A stretch of 64,000 nt of DNA from Anthoceros angustus. Lineage: Eukaryota; Plantae; Anthocerotophyta. The translations under genes were made by a program, and so were the position numbers. The DNA lies in assembly GCA_010909165.1 (NCBI GenBank), contig MU008180.1, forward strand, positions 1,028,076-1,092,075. Reading direction: 5' to 3'. Below the pieces are notes generated by a model. The model was not told where the DNA came from. It searched no databases and saw only the letters and a list, made by a program, of their open reading frames with translations. Positions 1 through 12,437 of this stretch are shown in pieces. How positions within the stretch are numbered: position 1 is the stretch's first letter; each line of letters opens with the position of its first letter.

Positions 1-1441
1 AGGCCTCCAAGTAGTTTGCTGGGTTCCCAAGGACAACTCACAAACAACACCTCTGGTGCTGCTCTTCACTATAGCAAGAGTACAAGATAGATCAAAGAGT
101 AGATCTATAATACGCCGTAAGCTTCAGATGTACTTAGCTCTCTCCCGGGCTTAAGCTCCCTGGGTTCTCTACACCTCAGTCCTAGCCTTCCCAACTAGGC
201 AATGAGCTAACCTCATTGTGTATATAAGGAGGGTTACTTCATTCCTAAGCAACTGTTCCTAAGCAAAACCTCACTACCACCAACTTCTTAACTTATCTTT
301 CTATTTAATAATTATTAAATTAAAGTTTAATATTTAAATATGAAATATAGCACTCACTTCGGTGGCTGTGCATAAGAAGAGAAGACATACAAAGACACAC
401 TAAAAAGACATCAATAAAATCTTCCCCGAGACACACTAAGAAGCTATGTTTCCACATTATGAGTCCTTTAGATTGTTCATGAGACTCTCTTTTTACCATA
501 CCCACGTAACCAACCCAAACGCCAGCGGGCAATTGCGTTAGCTATCCCTCAACGTGCTGATTATGTTTAATACATATGTTAATTTAGAACATCGGGTTGG
601 AGAGGCGATTCGACGGAGCGAAGGCTTGCAGTCCCAACTTGGCAGCGCTCAAGTCGGCTACCAGTTAGCTGACAAGTTTTGTGAGTTGGAACAATGCTTG
701 AAGCAATTGCGAGAGCTGGAAAATCTGCTTCTTGCGATCAAGGAGCAGGGAGGCACGGGCCAGGAACATCTGTCTGTGTTATTCTGGGTGATTGAGCAAC
801 TGGGATGGGTGCAATGTTTAACCCTTGCCCTCGAGGCAAAGTGGCAGAGGCTGCTCGACAAGGCGTTTATCAGCTTTGAAGAACAGCTGGAGACTACCCC
901 TCGGACATGGAGCTGGTTTCAAGAGCAGTATAGCAGGGGTTTGCTCCTTCGTCGTGGCAGGCAAGAGCGCTGCCTTGATATTCCAAGGAGGGATGCGGTC
1001 AAAACCCTCTTTTAACGGTGCATCATGTTGGCTCAAGGGGAAGTCCATTCTACCTGCATCGTATGCAGGAGTGGGTGGACGTGATGGTGCTAGTGTAGTA
1101 GTCCGGTGTGGTGAGCCCTGTTTTGAAAATTGCCGTCAGGTTAGTCCCCGGCTGGGTGGTGTCTTCTCTCCCTGCTCTTTCTAGTGCCTAGCTATCTAGC
1201 TCCAGCCTGTGCTCATGCTCCAGGCCTGTTTTGTAACTGTACACCTTTATAAAGCCACGGTTTCACAAAATAAAGGCTTGCAGGAGCAAAAGGCACTGGA
1301 TTTGGAAAAGTCCTTGGATGCCGTGGTAGATTTAGAAAGTCAGCTTAGCAGGTCTGGGAGATTGCAGGGGATATAAGAAGAAGAACGTGGTACAGTCGAA
1401 GCATACATATAAGCATCAAGATATCTGCTGGAAGCTGTCGT

Positions 1442-4400
1442 ATGGGAAGTTTGGGAACAAGAGACTGCAATATGGCCAGCACGTGGGTAGCACGAGGGGT
1501 GAGACGTGAACTCTGAACTCTCTTGTCTTCGTCTTTCCACCTGCGTTGAAATGGCTCTGACTGCTTGTTGTTGGAACCGGAGCTAAGGGAATGGCTAAAT
1601 GCGATCCTGCTGAGTGGTCCATGAAACCGCCATGTAATTTGATGGTTGTCGAGCTTGTTGTTTGAACGATGGACCTCGTGATTGGGAACAGGTTAAAAGG
1701 AAGTGCAAGTATCTGGGAAGAACCAGAACTGTCAGGATTCAAACCGAAGAGGCCTACTTGCGGGATGATATTCCCTGTGGCTATGCGAAATGCCAGTTTT
1801 GTCAGCAGGAAATGCCACCACTACCAGCAAATGCTTCACATTATGTGGTACATGCCCCAAGCTCTTGCATTTGCGGTTGTGCGTTGCGCTGGATTGTGTA
1901 GAATTGCAGACCAGCTGAGCCTTTTCTGTAAGGATGCAGGTGCCGGATGCAGATGCCATTCTTGAGTTCCTTGAGATTTTTGAGCTGCCGCAATTTACCG
2001 GTGTCATCTGTCTTACATCTGTTTTGAAGCAGGTCCTACTTTTACTGTGTCTCGTGGCTTTAGTGTTGCTGTTGAAGTATCTATGTTGGTGTCTCGCTAG
2101 AGGCTAACTTGCAAATCCTCTGTCCAGGTTATGGCTCGGTCGAAGCAAAGATACAGGAGATTGAGGTGCGCCCTCGTGGTTGGAGTTTGTCTATCTATTC
2201 TGAGTTTTACGTTTCAGCAATCCTCTGGTGGATTGTGATGACCAACAGTGAGTGCACGAATGTATGCAGGTCACTATGCACAGACCCTAGGAGAGGTTGT
2301 CTCTTTTTTGATGATGAACATTTTCTGTATACATCGGAAGCCATACCCTCAAATCCGAAAGGTGACTAATTGATGCTAATCAGTCTGTCCCCTCCCATTG
2401 TTTTTAATGGGTCTTATGAGTTTTTGACGCTGGGTTGTCATCCAGGTACCAAAGGTTTTGCAACCTGGTACTCAGAGCATATTGGAAAACACAAGCCTGT
2501 CGTTGTGTGGACTGGCAAAGAAAGGGACCCATTTTCGTTTGATGATGACGATGAGGAGGATGAAGAAGCTGATTTGCTGGAGCAATTCAACCGTACACTG
2601 GCATTTGACTTTGAACCTGAAGAAGATCAAGCCATTAAGGTTGATATTCCTTTTGCAATATGAGCTGACCTCTCTGTGTTCAAAGACTTTCCTCTCTGTC
2701 TGTGACTCGTCCTTTGGAGTACTTAGCTGCCTGTTTGGCAGGTTTTGAGTACAAAGGACTACTTTCAGAGCTTCTGGACTGATGACGGAGCAGTGATGGA
2801 ATTGTGTAATACTTTGGTACGTTGTGAGGCCTCATTCGGGAATGTCTGCTTCCCTTTTTTATCTGAAAGAGGTTGACCAGGTTCTTATCTCACCAGTTAG
2901 AATCGCGAGTGGATCCGGTCGGAAGGACTTTGGATGGTATCTCCACATTACAGATCAGCTCAAGAGCTGATCGAAAAAGCTCCTCTATTTATCAAGAGCA
3001 TTTTTCAGGTCAAAGGGTCACCTTCTGTTTTTCTTGATCTGAAAATTTGCATTTTCATCCACATTTGCACTCTGGGCCTGTCACGCCCTCAGCCTGCCTG
3101 AAAGGGGGATCTGGGGCCTTGCATTGACATGCTCTTTGACTCTGCTGGCAGCCCACATGATTGAAGAAGGGCTTGTGGATGGAACACTTCGGGTAGGTGT
3201 ATTTCATGTAAGCAAACATGATCCGGCTGAGGGCTTTGTGCGACCCAGGTATTTATTGATACCAGTCAGCATGGTTGATGTTGCCAACAAGTAATAGGAT
3301 TTACAGGACACTGTGTTTATAAGTGGTAGAGTATTCATGCGGCAGATAGCTAGATTGACATCTGTGTGGGGGCTTCTCCAATCAGCAACAAGAACGAAGC
3401 ATCTCAGCTGGAAATATTGATTCCAGGATCATCACTCCAGAATAGGGCGCTACCCGGAGATCTCGTTGTGGTAAGTTGCTTTGCCAGAGAGGACTTACTA
3501 ACTTATTGTACTTCACTTCAGTGTCTGATAGTCATTTATATTCGGGAATAGGTGCATCTGCTATCTCAGTCAGAGTGGAGAGCTCCAAAACAAGGCCTGC
3601 GTCAACTAACGCTGAAATCCAGTGACCCAGAGTCTCCGAGCCTGGAGGATGATGAATTGCGTGAAGATGGCAGCCTGGAGTCCTTTGGGAAAAGTGCTGC
3701 AGATATCACGTCTGCTGCAGAGCAGACTGTTCCAACAGGCAAGGTAGTGGGTATCTTGCAAAGAAAACAAAGGGATTATGTTGCTTGCCTTACAGAAGAG
3801 GCTGAGAGTGAGATTCTGCAGTCAAGGTCTGACATGTAAGTTCTCCTTTTGTTACCTGGGAGTTTTCTTTCCGTTTGTTCCTTTAGCATATGAGCTTGCA
3901 CTTGTAGTATCTGCAGCCTTGAGTTTCTCAATGTACATGGATTGCATGATGCAGGCTGTGGCAGCTGCTATGCTTCCCAAGAGATAGGCGTATTCCCATG
4001 GTTTGTTGTCTTCCTCAAATTTGTGCTTCAATATGTCATCCTGTTCTCATAAGCAGATAATTCATCTCATTGTGCTCTTCCAGGTTCGTATCACAACCCG
4101 GCAAGGTTTGCTCCTTGTGGGGCAGAGGTTTGTAGTCCGTATAACAGGTTGGGAGTGCAACTCAAAGCATCCAGAAGGACATCTGGTTCGTGTTTTGGGG
4201 CCTATTGGCGATCTAAACACTGAGACTATTGCCATACTGGTGGAGAATGAGATCAACATTTCAGCTTTCAACAGCTTGTAAGTTATCCTGTAGCCAACTA
4301 AACATCTATTCGAGGCACAGGCCAGTAGGCCCTAGATAAATTGAGGTTCTGATACAGAATGTGGATGATCAACAACAGGGCTCTTCAGGAATTGCCACAA

Positions 4401-7400
4401 AGCTCTGAAGATGGACCATGGACAATTCCAGAAGAAGAATTTTCTCTCCGCCGGGATCTCCGCTCTGCGCACAGGACATTCAGGTGTAGCGTGCCTACTT
4501 CTTCAGCTGTTGGGCTGTTATTTTAGGCTGGCTCAGTACTATGATGTACACAACTTTGGAGCAATGTTAAATCTTTTGTGAATGGCAGTGTTGATCCTCC
4601 TGGTAGCAAAGATGTAGATGATGCGCTTTCAGTCCGGCATCTGCAAAATGGTCTACTTGAGGTGCTCTTTGTCTGTTGTCAAGTATGAACGCATTGGTAG
4701 AAACTAGCAGGGTCCAAAGTATCTTAATGTGTCATCTCTTGCCGTTTTATACAGGTTGGGGTTCACATTGCAGATGTGTCATACTTTGTGAAGCAAGGAA
4801 GCCTACTAGATATGGAAGCTCGTGACCGTGGAACAACTGTGTATATGGTTGGCAGGAATTGGCCAATGCTCCCACGCCTTTTGAGGTAAAGAGCTGGCTC
4901 TTCATGGCCTTAGTATCAGTCCGTAAATACAATTTTTCTATATACTCTGTTGTCTTCTGAATTTGTCAGTGAGGACTTATGTTCACTGCTGGGAGGAAAA
5001 GACCGACTGGCTGTCAGTGTCATTTGGACAGTCAACCCTGTCAACGATTTTGAGATAGTGGATGTATGGTTTGGGAGAACCATCATCAATTCTCAGCATC
5101 AGGTACTAAACAAGTAACGAGGCAAACTTGGAACTTGCGTAGCTGGTACACAAATGATCATCTGACCATGCTTTGTACATTGGACAGATGTCGTACGCTC
5201 AAGCTCAAGGTATTTTGGATGGCCATCCACTTCCTGTCGGTTTGGAAATAATTGGTGGAATGGATGAAGTGAGGCAAATGCAGACAGAACTGGCAGTGAT
5301 TGCCAAATTCGCTGAGGTGAGTTGTGAGGTAGATCCATTTTGTGTTTTTCCAGTGACTGATGGATTCGGTGTCTTTTGTAGTTTCCCGCCTTTTGTATCT
5401 ACCGCAGTGCACTTGTGGCTGAATGCTTCTGCTGTTTAACTTCAACTGCAGATAAGACGAGCACTTCGGAAAGCAGATGGAGCAGTTGAACTCTCGAATG
5501 CTGAGTTGAAGTTTGATGTGGATGAAGTAACAAACCCTGTGAATGTCGAGGCAAAACTTGAGCTACCTGTACGAAAAGATGATGTTTAACCCAGTCAGTG
5601 CTGAGTTTATTTTGTTAATTAATTGTTTTCTTTCAATGGTCATCTCAGACACACTTTCACTCCTGCAGATGAATTCAATTGTAGCAGAGCTGATGATATT
5701 GGCCAATGCATTTGTGGCTGAGCGCATTTATCAGTAAGATATGCTCTTTTAGCTTGTGAGTTGTCGGGAAAACCACCCATTTCCTTGTTACTTTTTGCCA
5801 CTGTTGGCCTCTGTCCTGAACACCTGAGCTTGCAGGTCATTCCCTATGTCATCTCTTTTACGGCAGCATGCTCCTCCAAAGCTAGACAGCTTCACATTAT
5901 TATTGGAGGTAAGAGCGAGGCCTTTGTTTGCTGAGCTTTGCCAGGTGGAGTTTCTTCGTCTGTTTTGCAGCAGCGCACTAACAGCTCAGCAAACCGCAGT
6001 GCTGTGCAGCCAGAGGATTTGCGTTGGATGCCTCCAGTAACAAGGTACAGGCACTCAAATTGTCTCTAGTATTTGCGGTTTTTTTGCTCCAAAGAAAGCC
6101 ATCTCCTCACAATGCTGTCAACTTACAGTCATTGGCAGCTTCCCTGGACAGCATGCGAGAAAGCAGTGATCCTGTCATTGAGGTATGAAGATGATCTTTT
6201 GTCCAGTCTCATTAGCCTAATGTCACTGCATCACTTAACTTCCATCGCTTGTCCTCTCAGTTCTGTACATTGAACTAATGGGCTTGTTTGGTGTTGGATG
6301 CTAAATTTGGCAGCATGCATTCAGGGCTCTGGTGACTCGAGCTATGTCAGAAGTAAGTTGCATGTACACAGGCATGTGCTTAAACTGTTTGAAAACCAAT
6401 GAAGTTTGAGTTCATCTGCAATTCTTTGTCTGACGCTGGGTAAGGTTTTCAGGCCATGTACTGCGCAACTGAAGTGGTCTCTGAGTCAAGTAGTTTCTAC
6501 CATTACGGATTGGCGTTAAAGTAAGACACATCAGATGTGCTTGAGTAATAGTAATGTTATCTTTACTTGACGAGGAGAATGTTTCTTCATCCACATTTTG
6601 ACACTGTTTAACGGTTTACAGGTTTTATACACATTTTACGTCCCCCATTCGGCGTTATGCTGATGTGCTAGTGCATCGTATGCTGCTGGAGGCTGTTGAA
6701 GACAATTCGCATAGCGCAGTGAAGAGACCTTCGTCTATTGGTGTCAGGCAGACGTACGACCTGAAAGAGGTACTCTTGGACACTACAACATGTGGAGGTT
6801 AATCCTTATGACAGTGAGGTTTATTTTTTTTTGTGAAGGGTAATACTTCTGACAAACGCTTGAACCTGCAGACAGTAAACCATTTGAACCAGCGGCATAG
6901 ATCAAGCAAGGTAGCTCAGAAGGAGTGCAATGAGCTCTATCTACTCATGTATCTTCAGAAGTATGCAAAGGCAGAGCATGCGGTTGTAAGTTCTCTAGCC
7001 ACGCCAATATTCCCTGGGTATGTTTGACCAACTCCACCACTAACACAATTCAAATCGTGCAGGTTCTGCGAGTACTCCCCAAGGGGCTTGAGGTGTTTGT
7101 ACCAAAGTATGATATTAGAGGTCCTGTGTATTTGCAGGTATATCTTTGTGAACGTTTAAGCATATTATTTAACTGTCTCACGTAAATGCGTCAGGTCCCT
7201 CTAAGAGCTGGCTCTCTTGTGCAGACCAAAAAAGGTGATGTCCTACTTCCTGCAGAGGATGATGGAGAGGATAGATTACTGCCATCGTCAACGCTCCAGA
7301 GAAGTCAAGGAAGCATCAAAGTTCTCGTATGTGTTTAAACAGAGTCATACTTCATGGCATGCATTTGCAATTTTGGGCTCCTTGTTTCCCATGGGTCGTG

Positions 7401-8419
7401 TCTTTTAACTCCAGAGGGGAAATGCAGGATCCTACGTCGAGAATGCCTTTAGTCGAGTACAGTCTATTAGATCCGCTTTGCGTTCAGTTGAAGGCAGACG
7501 GTAAGTTCACCAGTTTTTCTTCAAAAAGTTGTTGGATGTATGTAACTCTCGGTAATGTACAGCAGTCCGTCGTTGAACCTCCTTTGACTGTGTGGTTCAG
7601 GGTCTCGTGTACATAGTCCCACTCTACGGATTCGGGTGTTGAGTCCCAATCACAGCGCAGCAGTTGCTTGTGAGGCAGAGAGAGCACAATTTAATCTCTC
7701 GAATCCTAGAGATCGCCCAGGCAGAAGAGAAGCCCACCCACCCCGGTTGACTCATGCCGGGAAGCATGTTGAGAAGAACAACGCGATCAAGGCCATGGAG
7801 GCTGTTGCACTTGCCCACATTCCCTCTCCACTCCTTCCGGAGCCAAGCAAAAAGAGGAAAGCCTCAACCGTGAGCGAGGTGGCCGGGACGTGGAAGCGCT
7901 CTAAATGCGAAGGTGGGTTCCCTGTCCACCAAGCATGACCCAATTGCAGGCCTGTTGGTGTGAGAGTGATCTAACTTATCTGGACTTCGATTGCAGCCAC
8001 ATGTGTATATCTGAATTCGACTGGAGCCATGGAGCTCCTACAACACAACAGACGCACCGCAAACGCGCCCTTCAATAACCGGGTGCGTCGAAACACAGGC
8101 CTGCCCTGGCTTGTAACGTTTGAAGATTTTGATGGGGAAGTGGACAATGAAGCAAGTAGCGTGGCCTGGCTACGCAGGGGATGGCAGCAGCATCTGGTAC
8201 GAGACCATCTGCGATAATTTGTTTGAAATGTATTTGATACTTTGTTCCGGCTTGTTTCTCATTTATCGATTGGCAATTCAGGATAAAGCCGCCAGACTGC
8301 GCGCAAGACAACTAAGATGTAGCGTTGTGGACGGAGGCCACTTCGGAAATAGTCCAAGTGAATTCGAAGCCAGGTTGCGCAAGAAAGTGCAATCCATGTA
8401 CGTTTACTTAAGAGCATGA
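1442..8419 (+). CDS. DIS3L: DIS3-like exoribonuclease (CR3-PIN-CSD-RNB-S1), most similar to DIS3L/DIS3L1; about 30 short exons
   Basis: Spliced by eye across GT-AG introns: [10 protein letters not shown] (CR3, ~1755), [18 protein letters not shown] (~3730), [19 protein letters not shown] (~4190), RNB catalytic [15 protein letters not shown] (~4590), [40 protein letters not shown] (~6500-6680). Start exon 1442-1498 joins exon 1692 in phase 0 (inferred). The last exon ends at TGA 8419 (terminal exons less certain). Confidence 0.88.
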
Positions 8420-9326
8420 AGGAAGTGCAATCCGTGTACATTTAGTTAAGAAAACTTGATTCACATTAAAGTGCAGTTTATGTACGTACATATACACACG
8501 TTCTAGGGGCTGCGTGGCTGCGCTGGGGCTGAATCGGGACTGCGCTTGCCGGATTCAGCTTGCAGCAAGATAGAGCAGATGTGCACGTTTTTGTAACTTG
8601 TGATTGTGGAAGCACAGCTGGTGACCTGCGAGGCTCCGCGGGGACCCGAGGATCGATGCCGGCCTCGAGTAAATCAGCCAGAGGTAGCGTTGTCGCAGTG
8701 TATTTTCTCGTTTCAGCTGAATGTAAAGTAATGGCCTTGGATCAAGGGTAGTCCTGCCTGCGAGCGCATGATGTCTCCAGACAACACAACTCCAACATCC
8801 CTGCGACAACTAGCAAGCAACAACTAGCAACTCTACTGGCAGAGATGCGGGCGGTTGAACACATTTCAAGAGGTGCTTTACAAGGCCATTCTGGAGTCTG
8901 GACAGTGAGGGCAGAAGACCGCGCCCCCGAGGGACGAAACACAGTTCTTGACCAAAACAAACCTGAACAAACAACCATAAGTTAGACACGGCAAACGCAA
9001 AAAGTGCTGGAGAATTGTGAACGGCATAGTTGAGCTGGCTATCATGAGCTCATGATCTCGGTGTGGGCTTGGAAATCAAGACTGCCTACCTGCACACGCC
9101 AAATGCTGGAGACTGACGGTGCTAATGCTCTCACGGCATGGCCACCTTAAATGTGTACATACTGCATCCTTCAGAGACTATCAGCCTCAAGATTAGTGGG
9201 CAGAAGGACCACTTCCCTCCCACTTCGCGTTTTCACCTATGCCGCTTCACCTCAATTGCATCGCAGGAATCAGAAAATCTGCAGCCACTGTTGAAATCTT
9301 GGACTTGGTGGCCAGCAGCAAGAACG

Positions 9327-9962
9327 ATGTGCCGTTATTGGAGTATGGCAGCGAGTTTGGGTTTAATGGCTTGCTTGCTTGCGGTGGAGGCATCCGACCC
9401 CGAGCTCACCACGGACTTCAAAGTGCCACCGGACTCAGAGGTGGACGGCAACTACTTCACCTTCACAGGCTTCCGCAATTTTGCGGCTGCTGAAGGCACT
9501 TTCTACTTCTCCAAGGCAAATCAGCACGTCTTTCCGGCTTTAAGAGGCCTTGGAGTCTCGTTTACGATGTTGCAGTACTTCCCCAACACGACAGATCCTG
9601 TGCACACACACCCCCGCGGCACGGAGCTCTTGTACCTCCTCAACGGTACCATAAACGTGGGACTGGTGGACACCAACGGTAAGCTCTACACTCAGACTTT
9701 GCAACAGGGTGACGTGTTCGTGTTTCCCAAGGGCTTGATGCATTACCACATCAACTTGTCCACCAAAGTGGCCACATCCATCGCCGCCTACAGCAGCTCA
9801 AATCCCGGCACACTTTCTCTGTCCAAAGGGCTCTTGGCATCCGGAATCCCCAGCCTGGAGTTGGAGTTGGCGTTCAGGGCACCCGCGGAAGTGATTGCTC
9901 AGCTCGTAGCTCCTTGGAAGAACACCACCGCAGCTACCTCAATCTCTGACTCCTGCCGATAG
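9327..9962 (+). CDS. Germin-like protein (cupin), GLP9-3-like type; single exon with signal peptide
   Basis: Signal peptide then SDPELTTDF..VDGNYFTFTGFR; germin boxes PVHTHPRGTELL and GDVFVFPKGLMHY. The start is ATG 9327 or 9345, not the ORF-track start 9138. Confidence 0.92.
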   Translation: MCRYWSMAASLGLMACLLAVEASDPELTTDFKVPPDSEVDGNYFTFTGFRNFAAAEGTFYFSKANQHVFPALRGLGVSFTMLQYFPNTTDPVHTHPRGTELLYLLNGTINVGLVDTNGKLYTQTLQQGDVFVFPKGLMHYHINLSTKVATSIAAYSSSNPGTLSLSKGLLASGIPSLELELAFRAPAEVIAQLVAPWKNTTAATSISDSCR

Positions 9963-10218
9963 ATTCCTGGTAGGTTTTCTCGTCCTGTACTAGTCTATAC
10001 TACCACAGACTTTTCTAAGGCTCTAAGAAGCACTGCTACCGAAAGAATGACCATCATGATGTCTACACTGTACACAAATTCCTAGAGGCTGTGCGAAAAA
10101 TCGGGTCAGTATGATACAGATGTCTGAACTTTTCAGCCAAAGCTGTATGGTCATTTGAATGACCGAAGGGACCGGCCCCTGCAAAGTAAAGCTCTGCTTG
10201 GAGTGTGTGAATGCATCC

Positions 10219-10891
10219 CTACAAGTACATCGCTCCCGCAACTCCCACAGCAGGGCCTGCCACAATGGTAGGTACCAGAATGTTGACGAAGGCACCAATC
10301 GGAGGTCCAATAAGCGGAATCTTCTTGACCGCACCTTTTGTCACGTGCACCACCAAGATGCCACCCAACATGAACAAGCCAAGACGCTTTCCTCTATCCA
10401 ACGCCACCCGCTTCAGTATGTTCCTTGCAATCCTGTCAAACTGGCCGATGTTGATCGGCCGCTCGAGCGCAGCGCACTCCTCCAGCCGTAACGAGGCATC
10501 GATGTCCTCCTGAGTGACAGGCCTCAGGCAGAGCTTCCCTGCCTTAGGGTCCAGCTCTTGAGAAATTTTCTGTCACACCACAAACACAGAAAGACACGTC
10601 TAGACACACGTCACGCCAGGGATAGGCATCGGAAGCTGGGAAGCAAACATTAAACCAGACTCCCACACGCACCTGCAGGAAGTATTCCAGCGCGGGAAGC
10701 AGCCGCTGCGGAGGCAGCAGGCTCACCGGGTGCGGCAACTGAAAGTGCATAAAAGCGGCCCGCAAGGCTGCGCTGTAGCGCGGGGACGCATCCAGGAGCC
10801 GGTCCACAGTCTCCGCCCAGCCCGGCACCTTTCCCTTGCCCCCGGCCAGCTGATGCTCGCTGCCATCATCCCCGCTCATCCCTCTAACCAT
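10219..10891 (-). CDS. Small two-exon protein with a C-terminal hydrophobic hairpin; distant resemblance to plant EF-hand-like membrane proteins
   Basis: Exon 10891-10673 (CAG|GT donor) and exon 10569-10219 (CAG acceptor) join in phase 0 to give ~189 aa ending ...RLGLFMLGGILVVHVTKGAVKKIPLIGPPIGAFVNILVPTIVAGPAVGVAGAMYL*. Alternative start at 10879. Confidence 0.7.
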
Positions 10892-12068
10892 GTCTCCCGC
10901 CGCAGGTCAGGTCACACCACCGCGCTTCCCACCCTCGGCAGCTTCATGCACTCGTGCGTTGGCCGAACACGGTTACAGGACTTCCCAGAGCAGGGCAAGG
11001 CAAGAAGAGCTGCATCCCAAGACTCACGACTGCTTTTGCTATTACACCTCCGGAGCTGCTTCCAAGCGGGCGCCAGCAGTGCCGCGTACACACAATTCCC
11101 AGCATCCGAGCCTCCCAACGCCGACGGCAGGGACAAGTTTTTCTCAGGATAGGCTGTGCGTTGCGGGATCTACAATCCCCATCTCCTCCCGCGAGCTACT
11201 TTGCTGACCAACACTTTGGAAGCAGCACCCTAGCTGCCTACGCACAAGAAACTGCTCGGGCGAACTGTCCTTCCACTAAAACCTTCGCTCGCAAATGTGA
11301 ACATGACATGACATAGACAATCTACCTAGAATAGCTAACAGGATTTTTGGGATTCACCTCTGGTACAAAGATATGGAACTTCCGAATGTCTAAGCTCTTT
11401 TATTTGATTTTTTCATATAAATCTAAGATATACAGACCTACCTAGATATCTATATATCTAAAATATAACAAAATACAGCAAAAAGGTTGCTCTACGACCG
11501 TTATTCGGGTTTCGGCATGCAAGTCCCACATGACAACGAGAGTTGCTTTCCATATATACCGACAATTTAGTTACCATATCGTAACTTAGCAAATTTCATC
11601 ACCCTTTCTTCATCTCAAATCGGGTTTTCACTTTACATGACATCTTGTTGTTGGTTAAGTTGTCGCGAATCTTGAGCCACAACCAGAGCTAGGCACTTCA
11701 ACCGGCATACCACTTGCAAGATGAAACAAATAACAAGATAGTGCAAAAGGGTGGGTACGAATATGGATGATCAAAAGGTCAATAAGCCAGTGTAGCTTCA
11801 TTCCTTGCTTCTGCAATCACTCTGTCAACTGCTCTAAAATATATGGAGAAGTAGCCTAAAGGGCTTCGTGGTCAGACATGTCACTTCAATTTTGGAGAAG
11901 GTGCTACTAATAAGGTCTCCACCATGATGTTTCTTTTGGCTGCCATACAGGTTTTATTCTTTCGCGGAAGCGACTTGTATTAGCTGAGATATGTGGTTCG
12001 GCTTGATAGATTCTTTTCAACGAAGCAATCTAGACTGTTGATCCAGAACAGTTCTAACGCTTTTTCAA

Positions 12069-12437
12069 GGACCCTTACCCACTACTAGTTTGGGAGCTCA
12101 GTTCGACTAGTTCAGTTCAATTCCAGACGAGGCGAATATCGAACTGAACCGCAATAGATTATACACAGTTTGGACCAACCGGGATGAAAAAAAAGTATTG
12201 CACATTTCGTTTTTATTAGTCACCAACGTCAACTTTACTTTTCATAATTGTCTGTCAGTTCAATTTTTTGTGCTTGTCTGAGAAGCCACTGTACATTTTG
12301 CTAGGCTGTCCAGGAGGATTTTCAAACTAAAATGTTCAAATCGAAACTAAGTTGTTCACTCCACATACGGTTCAAAGAATTGAACTATTGAGTTGAACTA
12401 ACATCAGCTTGATGGAATTGGCAATCCATAAGGGTCT
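12069..12437. mobile_element. Possible degenerate Tourist/PIF-Harbinger-like MITE
   Basis: Ends GGACCCTTA / TAAGGGTCT are an 8/9 inverted match; flanks are CAA and TAA; there are internal inverted subterminal motifs (AGTTCAATTC vs GAATTGAACT); non-coding. Confidence 0.35.

Noticed and set aside
1-300. Possible LTR end at the window start
   Set aside because: The composition is LTR-like, but no PBS, PPT, partner LTR or TSD is visible.
554-1015. 153-aa ORF with coiled-coil-like composition
   Set aside because: No recognisable domain or splice support; possibly a TE remnant.
3836-4281. Apparent premature stops in the DIS3L-like gene suggesting RNA editing or a pseudogene
   Set aside because: The stops are the TAA within GTAAGT splice donors; where checked (4277 to the next exon) the frame joins correctly after splicing.
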